Below, one piece after another: positions 31,513 to 41,340 of a stretch of 64,000 nucleotides of DNA (the stretch's first letter is position 1; the number at the start of each line of letters is the position of its first letter). Both the position numbers and the translations under genes were made by a program. The stretch is from an uncultured Thiomicrospira sp. GTDB lineage: Bacteria > Pseudomonadota > Gammaproteobacteria > CAKMZV01. Below the pieces are notes generated by a model. That model did no database searches. It saw only the letters and a program-made list of their open reading frames with translations, and was not told the origin of the DNA. The DNA is taken from NCBI GenBank assembly GCA_965195345.1, contig OZ239628.1:1728001-1792000 (forward strand). The letters run 5' to 3'.

Positions 31513-34500
31513 ATGAAAAAAGTTAGCGAAGACGCGTCACAGTATAACTTGTCACCGCCTATTCCGCCAGGCGAAAAAATCTTATCTGCTGATTCATTCT
31601 GTGCACTTGTTCCAGAATTTGACCCTAAGAATCCTCAATCCATTACAAGTTGGCAATGTTTTTCATCTGAAGTAGGCGAAAAAAACTTCAACTTAGGAGC
31701 AAGCACTACTATTGCCGATAAAACCGAGATTTGGGCTTCATCTTTGCAGAGGGTATCTGACCCAACAAATGGCAATGAAGTTGCTTGTGTATTGGGCAAA
31801 GATTCAGCTTACGTCATATCATCGAAAGACACAAATAGTCCCCCAACATTCACGAAAAAAAAACGAACAGACTCTTCGCAAGGCACTGCTACTTTTTTTT
31901 CAAAATTTGTGTTGGATACAAGCGAGCAAGAAAATAGCCAAGTTATACATACAGATCGACTCTTATACTGTATGTTCTCCGATGGAACTAACACGATAAC
32001 AGTGCATGATGTTGATGACCCCTCATTTCACTTCATCATAGAACTGCCTTTTAAAATTGTCGATTTATGCGCAGTACTTCAGATAGCCAGCGGGAAAAAG
32101 AATTATTGGGTTTGGGTTCTCCAATCCCAAGATCGTCCATGTTTTTGTTTTATAGAACATAGCCGCATGATTAATGCTGGCAAAACCGGTTCGTCCCTTA
32201 AAGGCAGCGACTTAATACTACATGCATACGCTGATGAATATGCAAATTTTTATGTTAGGGATGTACTTATTGGTAGTTACTACTTTGACTCTGATAATCC
32301 TGGTAGCCAACAAATAATAGTCTTATCAAATAGCAGCCTCGTTGCTCTTGTGCATATGTTGTCTTTAGACAGTCAAGGAAAGGTGCAAGAAGTAACACCA
32401 GTATTTAACCAAACCTTTAAAATCACTTTCTTTGGTCTCCCAACACCTATGCAACTGGAGAATTATTTTTCAAAGGGCACAAACTTTCGACCAGGAAGCC
32501 TCCAACATCTCATTGCCCCAAATGGAAATCATTCGTTTTATGTAAATGCATACGGTCAAGTTTACAACAGTGTAACGTACTGCGCAGCAACCACACATAT
32601 GCTTGTATCTTTCAATCGTAAGAGCAAAACTTTCTCGTCTCCAGGCTATTATACATATGCCGTTCAGTGCAAACCAATTTGGCCATCTAAGAATCCGTCG
32701 CCAAGCGTCGAGCCCGTAGTCGGCATTGTCAATCAATTGGCTGTTGCTGAAGCAACAGTAAATATCTCGGCTCAAGATAGCAAAGGGGTGTACTCTGGAT
32801 TTCGGTTATTTTATTCACTTGCTGCAATGACAGCTATTTATGATCCGACACCTGACCTGTCGGTTTATATAACTTGTGCATTTTGTAATTATCCGGAATT
32901 CCAAAATATAGCTTTTGGTTCGTCTTTTATTAAACTGGCTGTCAATAGTGCAGGAGACTATTACTTGCCACAAGGGTCTAACCCCTTTCCAATTTCTGAT
33001 AAAGGGCGTTGGATAGATAACTATACTCATCTAGGAATGTTGCAGTTAGATGACTCATTTTTTAAGAGTAATAATATATTTAATACGCATTCGGCAGGAG
33101 TGCCAGGTGCAGTATTTGACTATACTAAAAGATACTCTCAAGGCTGTTTTATGAGCTGTGGAGTAGATTTCATGGGTAAAAGTCTCGTACTAGGAAATCC
33201 CCATCTATCTCTATATGATAAGTCAATCCAGCCTCTTGGATTTTACCGCTCTATGCCGTTTCAATCCGAAGCGCAGAAAATCATGCCTTTGTTGACAATC
33301 GCAAATTCAAATACAGTTGTTAAGGGAATATCAAAATCCACGCATTCTACATGGCATGCTGGTTACAATGCTAATGTACAGTACCATGGGGTAATAGCAA
33401 CAGCCTCTGCTCATTTTGGGCAAAGTTGGGGCGGTTCTAAGATGCACATGTCGAGTGATCAAAAAACAATCTCTTTACACGTAACCTCTGGAGTTGCCGA
33501 ATCTGACCTAGTACACACATACAATTCTCTATTTTACCTTTGGGATTACCCAATATACCAAAAAATAACTTCAGACGCTCCCCTTGGGGAGATTACTGTC
33601 CTAATCCCTCATGGCTTTAGCGAGGCAATTTTAGATGCAACAGATCCTCGCTTAGGGCACGTTCAAGATTACGAAATAGGTCAAATACTCACTTATCTGG
33701 ATTCTGAGAAACCTGGGTATTTAGAAAAAAACCTGTGGTTCACGAGAGAAACTATTACATGCACCAGCGATGCTCAATCTGGAGGAAGTTCTGTAATATA
33801 CTCAAAGCAAAATTCCACACACTTAGAGGATGGCAAATCCACAATGGATGGAATGAATGCAGGTGGCAGCATCGGATTCCATTATGGTCCAGTGTCAGCA
33901 ACAGTGAGTGCTTTTTACTCAAAAAATAATGTGGAAAATTCTGCAACAAGCACTTTAAAATCCGAAGATTTCACAGTGAGCTTTCACTCAGGAGTCATAG
34001 AAGAAGAAGGATATGAATATGCTGTAACACCATTAATATATGGTCACAAAGACAATAATATGTTAATGATAAACTGCGAAGTACAATTGATAGGACCACT
34101 GTGGAAAAACCACTTTCAGACTCCTGAAATTATAATGATGCGTACTTACCCAGCTGCTAAAGTGTTGCGGTTAAAACATTTTACACGGAGTATTCGCTTC
34201 AGTGAAAATGCAGATCAGACAGTTGATATTAGCTTGCACTTATTCTCAAACTCATATAGTCCTTCTGCAAATATTGTTTGCAATGTCTACGCAGGTATGG
34301 CATTTTATATAAGCGAGAATAAACCTCCAGTTACAACCAAATTGAAATTACTAGGCACAGTGAAAGTTGCCTCACTTGATGGGTTGCAACGATATATTGC
34401 GGTATTAAAGAATCAACATTTACAGAAAAACACCCATATTACTGTTGAAGTTTTTCATGATGATGCTGAGCAGATAAATGCAAAATACTACTGGGGAGTA

Positions 34501-34557
34501 TATCCTTTCAGTGCCTCTATAGCTATGTTAAAGGAAACTGAGGAGGCATTGCCATAA
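31513..34557 (+). CDS. Large beta-rich hypothetical protein with two Ser/Thr/Gly-rich amphipathic hairpin-like segments (possible beta-pore-forming protein)
   Basis: 1014-aa ORF with no signal peptide. Segments aa ~597-660 and ~757-827 alternate polar and apolar residues and resemble each other. The ORF is solid; the function is inferred. Confidence 0.5.
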   Translation: MKKVSEDASQYNLSPPIPPGEKILSADSFCALVPEFDPKNPQSITSWQCFSSEVGEKNFNLGASTTIADKTEIWASSLQRVSDPTNGNEVACVLGKDSAYVISSKDTNSPPTFTKKKRTDSSQGTATFFSKFVLDTSEQENSQVIHTDRLLYCMFSDGTNTITVHDVDDPSFHFIIELPFKIVDLCAVLQIASGKKNYWVWVLQSQDRPCFCFIEHSRMINAGKTGSSLKGSDLILHAYADEYANFYVRDVLIGSYYFDSDNPGSQQIIVLSNSSLVALVHMLSLDSQGKVQEVTPVFNQTFKITFFGLPTPMQLENYFSKGTNFRPGSLQHLIAPNGNHSFYVNAYGQVYNSVTYCAATTHMLVSFNRKSKTFSSPGYYTYAVQCKPIWPSKNPSPSVEPVVGIVNQLAVAEATVNISAQDSKGVYSGFRLFYSLAAMTAIYDPTPDLSVYITCAFCNYPEFQNIAFGSSFIKLAVNSAGDYYLPQGSNPFPISDKGRWIDNYTHLGMLQLDDSFFKSNNIFNTHSAGVPGAVFDYTKRYSQGCFMSCGVDFMGKSLVLGNPHLSLYDKSIQPLGFYRSMPFQSEAQKIMPLLTIANSNTVVKGISKSTHSTWHAGYNANVQYHGVIATASAHFGQSWGGSKMHMSSDQKTISLHVTSGVAESDLVHTYNSLFYLWDYPIYQKITSDAPLGEITVLIPHGFSEAILDATDPRLGHVQDYEIGQILTYLDSEKPGYLEKNLWFTRETITCTSDAQSGGSSVIYSKQNSTHLEDGKSTMDGMNAGGSIGFHYGPVSATVSAFYSKNNVENSATSTLKSEDFTVSFHSGVIEEEGYEYAVTPLIYGHKDNNMLMINCEVQLIGPLWKNHFQTPEIIMMRTYPAAKVLRLKHFTRSIRFSENADQTVDISLHLFSNSYSPSANIVCNVYAGMAFYISENKPPVTTKLKLLGTVKVASLDGLQRYIAVLKNQHLQKNTHITVEVFHDDAEQINAKYYWGVYPFSASIAMLKETEEALP

Positions 34558-34696
34558 CAATTTCCTTTTGCATAGGAACTGGTCATTTTCAATTATTAGA
34601 TTTAATAACTTGAGGGTTTTAATTAAGACAAATCAACCTACACCATTCCGACCAGGTACACTCTACCAATTCATAGGAACAGATCGCTAAACCTTG

Positions 34697-34710
34697 CACC
34701 CTCTAAAATT
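34697..34710 (+). repeat. Right copy of 14-bp direct repeat CACCCTCTAAAATT
   Basis: Exact match to 27798-27811. Confidence 0.7.
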
Positions 34711-34870
34711 CGCACAAACATACTGCGGTGAATTTGAAAATATGGTTTCCTCTTCGCCGTTAAGTGAAATTGTATAGACGGTTTTCTTCTTGTATACAAA
34801 AATTCTCGCATACCAAAAACAAGAACGTCTACGACGCTGTAAATCAAACTGTCGATGAATTTTTTATGAA

Positions 34871-34894
34871 GTGGCGGTTTACGAAAATCACCAC
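34871..34894 (-). terminator. Possible terminator hairpin after creatinase
   Basis: Imperfect inverted repeat GTGGCGGTTT-ACGA-AAATCACCAC, 10 bp past the stop codon. Confidence 0.35.
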
Positions 34895-34904
34895 ATGCTT
34901 AGGC

Positions 34905-36110
34905 TTATTTGATTATGTTATGCTCTGGTCCGTATGGAAATCCAGTAATATCATAAGCACTATCAGCGGTTACAACCATAATATCGTGCTCGCGATAGCC
35001 ACCTGCGCCGGGCTGACCTTCGGGAATCATAATCATTGGCTCCATAGAGACAACCATATTCTCTTCAAGGACAGTATCTATATCTTCGCGTAGCTCAAGC
35101 AATGCCTCACGGCCATAGTAATGGGAAAGCACTCCGAAAGAATGTCCATACCCAAATGAACGATTTTTTAGCAAATCGTATTCTTCATAAATCTTATTCA
35201 ACTCAAGTGCTATATCGCAACAACGCACCCCTGGTTTAATAAGTCGCATGCCTTCTTCATGCACTTTGGTATTGATTTCCCATAGTTTCAAAGACGCTTC
35301 ATCGCAGTGGTCGTAAAACAACGTCCGCTCCAAAGCTACATAATAGCCAGATGCCATTGAAAAGCAGTTAAGACTTAAGATGTCACCTTTTTGAATTTTA
35401 CGCGTTGTTACTGGGTTATGCGCACCATCAGTATTTATTCCCGATTGAAACCAAGTCCAAGTATCCATTAATTCACTGTGTGGAAAACGACGCGCAATTT
35501 CGCGAACCATAGCTTGTGTTGAATGCAAAGCTACTTCATGTTCTGGCACATTTTCACCAATAGCTTCAACTAATGCTTCTGCACCAATATCACAGATATT
35601 AGCACCATTAGTAATGTAGTCAATTTCTTCAGTTGATTTGAGCATACGCATTTTCATACAACCGACCGATACATCAACAAATTCAGCTGCGGGCAATGCA
35701 TCTTGCATTTTTTTGTGCCGCTCTAATGAAAGGTGATCAAATTCCAAACCAACACGTCCTTTGACAGAAACAAGCGTTGATACCGCATAGAAAAAGCTAT
35801 CTCTTTGCCAATCGGTATAAACTACATTTTCACCAAACGTCCTTCTCCAGGGTTGTCCACCGTCAATATTAGCACTGATTGAAGTTACTTTTTCTTGAGT
35901 AACAACCAATCCGTATGGGCGACCAAAAGAACAATATATGAAGTCACTATAATAGTGAATATTATGAATTGAAGTGAAAACAATGGCATCAATACCTTCT
36001 CCTGCCATATAAGCACGCAGGTCTCTTTGGCGGCGATGGTATTCGGCGTCACTGAATGTATGCTTAATCGTTTGTCCGTTAGGGATGTGCTTTAATCTTT
36101 CAAGTTGCAT
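34905..36110 (-). CDS. Creatinase (creatine amidinohydrolase, M24 fold)
   Basis: YCSFGRPYG, ISANIDGGQPWRR, DTWTWFQSGINTDGAHN, HYYGREA, GAGGYREHD. Confidence 0.93.
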   Translation of the reverse strand: MQLERLKHIPNGQTIKHTFSDAEYHRRQRDLRAYMAGEGIDAIVFTSIHNIHYYSDFIYCSFGRPYGLVVTQEKVTSISANIDGGQPWRRTFGENVVYTDWQRDSFFYAVSTLVSVKGRVGLEFDHLSLERHKKMQDALPAAEFVDVSVGCMKMRMLKSTEEIDYITNGANICDIGAEALVEAIGENVPEHEVALHSTQAMVREIARRFPHSELMDTWTWFQSGINTDGAHNPVTTRKIQKGDILSLNCFSMASGYYVALERTLFYDHCDEASLKLWEINTKVHEEGMRLIKPGVRCCDIALELNKIYEEYDLLKNRSFGYGHSFGVLSHYYGREALLELREDIDTVLEENMVVSMEPMIMIPEGQPGAGGYREHDIMVVTADSAYDITGFPYGPEHNIIK

Positions 36111-36118
36111 ATTCTTCC

Positions 36119-37735
36119 TTATTTCAATTGATCTCTTAGTATGAATTTCTGAATTTTACCGGTCGCTGTTTTAGGGAGTTCCTGAAAGAGTACGTGCTTA
36201 GGCGTTTTAAATCCAGCAAGCCTTTCTCGACAAAATGCAATAATCTCATCCGCCTCAATGCTCACTCCTTCTTTCAGTTCAACAAAGGCACAAGGCACTT
36301 CTCCCCATTTTAAGTCTTTTTTTGCCACTATCGCTGCATTAGCAATCGCTGGATGTGCATAAAGAACGGCTTCAATCTCAACGGAGGAAATATTTTCACC
36401 ACCTGAAATAATTACATCTTTTAGACGATCTTGTATTTGCAAATATCCATCTTCTCGCCACATTGCCGCATCACCTGTATGAAACCACCCATCAACAAAG
36501 GCTTTAGCCGTTTCCTCAGGATTCTTGTAGTACCCTTTCATCACCGTGTTCCCTCTAATCAGCATCTCACCTTGTTGATTACTGTCTTTGGGCAGAAAAG
36601 CACCGGTTTCGTTTTCAATCAATTCCACTGCGTCAGTCATTGGAAAAGAAATGCCTTGCCAACTTTTAATTTCAGAACGTTCATCTTCATTCAAGCCATT
36701 CCACTTATCTTTCCAAAGACAATGCGTTATGTGTCCATAGGTTTCCGTTAGCCCATAAACTTGCATTACATCAAATCCTATTTTTTCCATCTCACCCAGG
36801 ATTGCAGGCGGTGGTGGCGCACCTGCGGTCATAACTTTTACCGCATGGGAAATCGTTTTTTTCTCATTTTCAGCAGCATTAACTAATAGACCAAGAACAA
36901 TAGGAGCGCCTCCAAAATGAGTAACTTGATATCGAACAACAGCATCAAAAACAAATGCCGCACTCACTACGCGACAACAGACGATAGTACCTGCCATCAT
37001 GCAAACAGTCCAAGCGTGTCCCCAACCATTACAATGGAAAAGTGGAACAGTATATAAGTACACGGGATGCATTGGCAACTGCCAAGCAGATGCCGTTCCC
37101 ATACTCATCAAATACGATCCTCTGTGATGATAGACTACTCCTTTAGGTTTGCCAGAAGTTCCTGAAGTGTAATTTAACGTCAATGCTTGCCATTCATCCT
37201 TTGGCAACGACCACTCAAAATTAATATCTCCTTTGGCGAGAGCTGTTTCGTAATCTTCCTCTCCCTTAACAACATCAATTCCAGAGAGCGCATCATTGAT
37301 AACAATAATCGGCATTGCCAAACTTTTATCCTCTATTACTTGTTTAGCCGTTGAATAAAATTGGCTATCAACAATCAATAGTTTGCAATCAGAATGTTCA
37401 AGAATATAGCCAACGGTACTGGCTTCAAGGCGAATATTGATGGTATTAAGAACCGCCCCCAACATGGGAACACCGAAATGCACATCAATGAGCGCAGGTA
37501 TATTTGGTGCAATAATTGACACAGTATCGCCCTCACCAACCCCACGCTCAGCAAGCACAGAAGCTAATGCGCAAGAGCGCTCATAAACATCTTTCCAACT
37601 GTAATTCTGTTCACCATAAACAACGGCACAATGATCGCCAAAATAATTGCTTGTGCGTTGCAAAAACGATAGCGGAGTTAGAGGCACATAGTTGGCTGTA
37701 TTTTTGGGAAGAGATTCAAAATGCTTTTTCGACAT
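36119..37735 (-). CDS. AMP-dependent acyl-CoA ligase, likely MMPA-CoA ligase (DmdB-like)
   Basis: NYVPLTPLSFL, YTSGTSGKPKG, YGLTET, PKTATGKIQK; adjacent to dmdA. Confidence 0.8.
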   Translation of the reverse strand: MSKKHFESLPKNTANYVPLTPLSFLQRTSNYFGDHCAVVYGEQNYSWKDVYERSCALASVLAERGVGEGDTVSIIAPNIPALIDVHFGVPMLGAVLNTINIRLEASTVGYILEHSDCKLLIVDSQFYSTAKQVIEDKSLAMPIIVINDALSGIDVVKGEEDYETALAKGDINFEWSLPKDEWQALTLNYTSGTSGKPKGVVYHHRGSYLMSMGTASAWQLPMHPVYLYTVPLFHCNGWGHAWTVCMMAGTIVCCRVVSAAFVFDAVVRYQVTHFGGAPIVLGLLVNAAENEKKTISHAVKVMTAGAPPPPAILGEMEKIGFDVMQVYGLTETYGHITHCLWKDKWNGLNEDERSEIKSWQGISFPMTDAVELIENETGAFLPKDSNQQGEMLIRGNTVMKGYYKNPEETAKAFVDGWFHTGDAAMWREDGYLQIQDRLKDVIISGGENISSVEIEAVLYAHPAIANAAIVAKKDLKWGEVPCAFVELKEGVSIEADEIIAFCRERLAGFKTPKHVLFQELPKTATGKIQKFILRDQLK

Positions 37736-37738
37736 GAC

Positions 37739-38851
37739 TTAGAAATTCAGTTTATGTATTGTTGCGCTAGACAGCCCGTTGGGCATTTCAACTTGCATTG
37801 TATTGCCAAGCTGCAAGTGGTTCAATCTTATCATTCCTATAGCCACATTAGAATTGAACTGAGGAGACCACGTTGCTGATGTAATCTGTCCCACTCTTTT
37901 CCCATCTATCACTAAAGGCCACTCGCCACGACAAGCGCCGATTTCCCCGTCAATAGCAAATCCACTAATCATTAAAGGATTTTCTTCTTTAGAACGACTA
38001 CGCAATGCTTTTCCACCAACACACTGATCCAGTCCATATTCCTCGCAAAAAACTCCCATACCGCACTCATAAGGCGTATTCGCCAAAGTCATATCATTGC
38101 CGTACGAAAGCAACCCACTTTCTATTCGCTCAATAAGGTTAGGACCACCAGCACGAACATTGAGGTCTTGACCTGCTTCAAATAACGCATCCCACAAAGA
38201 GGCTCCATGCAAAGGGTCGTTTAAATAAATTTCAAAACCGCCCTGCTTAGAAAATCCAGAGCGAGAAATTATAAATTCGCATCCATTAAAATTGAATGAT
38301 TTAAAACGAAAAAATTTTAAATCGCAAACGTTATTGCCAAAAACGCGTGCCATTAAATCATTGGATTTAGGACCTTGCACAGCCAGTGGAAAAACATTTG
38401 GTTCATAAATTTTGACATCCATATTCCATCCAACCGCCAACCCTTTAAGCCACAGTAGAAGATCTGAGTCAGCCGTAGAAACCCAAAATTCATTTTCCTC
38501 TATTTTTAATGCAACAGGATCATTTAACATTCCCCCATTTTCATCCACAACAGGAATATAAAAGCATCGACCCTCCGCCATCTTCTCCAGAGAGCGAGGC
38601 GTTATTTTTTGTAACAAATCATAGGCATCTTTCCCTCGAATAGCTACTTGTCTTTCGCATGACACGTCCCATATTTGAACATTTTCTTTGAGGTGGTGAT
38701 AGTCAGCAACTAAACTTTCAAACACTGTAGGGAGCAGTGTATGATTGTAAACTGTATAACCTTTAACGCCCGCCGCCGTAACTTTTGGAGTAAATGGTGT
38801 TGAACGAGTTCTGCGGGAAATACTTAATATGGCTTCAGCATTATTGCCCAT
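37739..38851 (-). CDS. dmdA: DMSP demethylase
   Basis: SRRTRSTPF, YTVYNHTLLP, DYHHLKENVQIWDVSCERQV, SRSGFSKQGGFEIY, PNLIERIESGLLSYGND. Confidence 0.88.
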   Translation of the reverse strand: MGNNAEAILSISRRTRSTPFTPKVTAAGVKGYTVYNHTLLPTVFESLVADYHHLKENVQIWDVSCERQVAIRGKDAYDLLQKITPRSLEKMAEGRCFYIPVVDENGGMLNDPVALKIEENEFWVSTADSDLLLWLKGLAVGWNMDVKIYEPNVFPLAVQGPKSNDLMARVFGNNVCDLKFFRFKSFNFNGCEFIISRSGFSKQGGFEIYLNDPLHGASLWDALFEAGQDLNVRAGGPNLIERIESGLLSYGNDMTLANTPYECGMGVFCEEYGLDQCVGGKALRSRSKEENPLMISGFAIDGEIGACRGEWPLVIDGKRVGQITSATWSPQFNSNVAIGMIRLNHLQLGNTMQVEMPNGLSSATIHKLNF

Positions 38852-38854
38852 GAC

Positions 38855-40024
38855 CTATTCCCCATAACCCTTGGGGATAGTAATTGCAGGCAACTCTTGC
38901 GCCTGTTTTTGAAGAGCACGCCCGATGACTAAACGTTGTATTTCCGTACTTCCATCAACGATTTTTAACATTTGTGCCAATCGACTTAATCGATCCAATC
39001 CATAAGGTTTTAACAAACCCATCCCCCCCAAAACCTGAGTACACACATTCGCTGCATTCAACGCGGCATCAGGTACAAAAAGTTTTGCTTGTGCCGCAAG
39101 CAATGCACCCTCTTCCGTTCCAAGAGCATTCGCTGCTTTTTTATAAAGCAAACGAGACACCTCTAAATTGGTTGCAACCTCTCCCAACATCCACTGAATA
39201 CCATCTAATTTTAGGTTGGTTGATTTGAACATTTTCCGATCCCGTGCATAACGAAGAGCGGTATTCAATGCGCTTTGCATCAATCCACAACAACCAGAAG
39301 CTATTGAAACACGTGCAATATCTATAGCCATCAATGAACCACTAAATCCTTTACCAACTGGCAAAATAATATTTTCCTCAGGCACGCTAACATTGTTCAA
39401 ATACATTTCCGATAGCGGAAGAAATTGATAAGAAGGTGTCTCATAAAGAGGACCAAAAGAAAGCCCAGGCGTATCAAGTGGAACAGCAAACATAGCCATA
39501 TCTTTATATCCAGGATCTTCACTGGTTTTCGCAACTACCAAATAAACATCGGCCTCTGTAGCAAGCGACACCCAAGCTTTGGAGCCGTTGATTGTATAAC
39601 TGTCATCGGCATTTTTCGTGGCACGAGTATACATGGTTCCTGGATCGGAACCTGCTTGCGGTTCAGTCAATGCGAAATTAGCAAGTTTCTTACCCGAAGT
39701 TAGATCTTTTGCCCACTTGGATTTGAATGAGTCCGTACCAAAGCCACACACAGCGAAACTACATATATTATGCATAGACAACGCAAATGCATACGCGCCA
39801 TCACCCATGCCCAATTGTTCATACACTTGAATACCATCTCCAAGAGACAGTCCTTGCCCGCCTAATTCTGGGGGACAGTACAAACCTGTTAATCCAAGAG
39901 AAGCTGCTTTATCCGAAGCTTCTCTTGGCCATTTGCCTTTTTCGTTCCAATCATCCACATTCGGGATAACAACTTCATTGCAGTGTTTAACCGCATTCAA
40001 CAAAATTTGCTCAATATTACTCAC
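38855..40024 (-). CDS. Acyl-CoA dehydrogenase (candidate MMPA-CoA dehydrogenase)
   Basis: FALTEPQAGSD, NGSKAWVS, QVLGGMG, IVDGSTEIQR; 3 bp from dmdA. Confidence 0.85.
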   Translation of the reverse strand: MSNIEQILLNAVKHCNEVVIPNVDDWNEKGKWPREASDKAASLGLTGLYCPPELGGQGLSLGDGIQVYEQLGMGDGAYAFALSMHNICSFAVCGFGTDSFKSKWAKDLTSGKKLANFALTEPQAGSDPGTMYTRATKNADDSYTINGSKAWVSLATEADVYLVVAKTSEDPGYKDMAMFAVPLDTPGLSFGPLYETPSYQFLPLSEMYLNNVSVPEENIILPVGKGFSGSLMAIDIARVSIASGCCGLMQSALNTALRYARDRKMFKSTNLKLDGIQWMLGEVATNLEVSRLLYKKAANALGTEEGALLAAQAKLFVPDAALNAANVCTQVLGGMGLLKPYGLDRLSRLAQMLKIVDGSTEIQRLVIGRALQKQAQELPAITIPKGYGE

Positions 40025-40253
40025 TTGATTCCTTTTAATGAATTGACTAATGCATAAGAAATAGAGACTTTCCTAGTTAAGAGGATTATTTCTAAATTCT
40101 TTAAGTAAAAGATTGTAAAGGCTCTCATCTCTATTATATTAACCTAAACTCTTTTTCTTTTAAGTATCATTCAAACTTGTTTTTTCTATATGTTTATATT
40201 CAAATTGCTCAACCAGGGAAGACTTTTTTTTGAAGATCAATGTGTTTAAAGCT

Positions 40254-41315
40254 CTATTTCAAAGCATCGAATGTAGCACTTACTTTAGGAACCAATGCTC
40301 TCACTAATACCTTCATATCAAGAATACCCACCACATTATCATTTTCCTTAACAAGATAGCAACAGGTTGTATCTCCATCTGATGCGAATATAACGCTCTC
40401 GAGTGTGTCGTTGAAATCCACATAACCTTCTATTTCATCCGCAGACGGAAGATCACCATCAATTTTTTTCATGACAGAGCGCACACGTAACACCCGTGCC
40501 CGATTAATATCACTGACAAAATCTTCAATATACGGGTCACAGGGGTTTAAAAGAATATGTTGGGGCTCGCCTTGTTGTACCGCATGCCCATCTTTAAGAA
40601 TCACTAAATGATCAGCAAGTTTTAGTGCCTCGTCCAAATCATGCGTAATGAATATAATCGTTTTATGCAGATCTTTCTGCAACTCCAGCAACAAGTCTTG
40701 CATGTTAGTACGAATCAAGGGATCTAACGCTGAAAAAGCTTCATCCATCAGCATAACCTCTGAATTCGAAGTTAATGCTCTCGCCAAGCCAACGCGTTGT
40801 TGCATTCCTCCAGACAGTTGATGAGGATGGTGTTGCTCAAAGCCACCTAGTCCAACTCTTTCAACCCACTTCTGTGCTTCAGCATCAGCAGATTCATCGC
40901 TTTCACCGCGCACACGAGGTGCCATACCAGCATTTTCTAATACTGTTTTATGAGGAAGAAGTGCAAATTTTTGAAACACCATAGACATATGAGATTGCCG
41001 CAAATTACGCAGTCGCTCATCATCGTAGCTCAAGACATCTTCATCATCAACAAGTATTTCTCCAGAAGTTGGCTCAATCAAACGATTAAAGTGTCGAATT
41101 AATGTGGACTTTCCTGATCCAGAAAGCCCCATAATAACGGTTATTTGTCCCGCAACGATGTCGACATTAATGTCTTGAAGACCCAACACATGCCCATGCT
41201 TTTCTAGCAAATCCGATTTACTCATTCCATCTTTGACTAAAGGCAGAACCGATTTTGGATCTTTTCCAAAAATTTTGTACAGGTTACGAACCGAAACTTT
41301 TATTTTCTTATCCAT
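40254..41315 (-). CDS. Glycine betaine/proline-type ABC transporter ATP-binding protein (ProV/OpuAA-like)
   Basis: MGLSGSGKS, LSGGMQQRVGLARAL, MDEAFSALDPLIR. Confidence 0.92.
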   Translation of the reverse strand: MDKKIKVSVRNLYKIFGKDPKSVLPLVKDGMSKSDLLEKHGHVLGLQDINVDIVAGQITVIMGLSGSGKSTLIRHFNRLIEPTSGEILVDDEDVLSYDDERLRNLRQSHMSMVFQKFALLPHKTVLENAGMAPRVRGESDESADAEAQKWVERVGLGGFEQHHPHQLSGGMQQRVGLARALTSNSEVMLMDEAFSALDPLIRTNMQDLLLELQKDLHKTIIFITHDLDEALKLADHLVILKDGHAVQQGEPQHILLNPCDPYIEDFVSDINRARVLRVRSVMKKIDGDLPSADEIEGYVDFNDTLESVIFASDGDTTCCYLVKENDNVVGILDMKVLVRALVPKVSATFDALK

Positions 41316-41340
41316 TTTTATCCTTTATTATTTGGTGGCA

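Noticed and set aside
34764-35093. 109-aa + strand ORF after the island
   Set aside because: It mostly overlaps creatinase on the opposite strand, starts with GTG without a clear RBS, and has no motifs.
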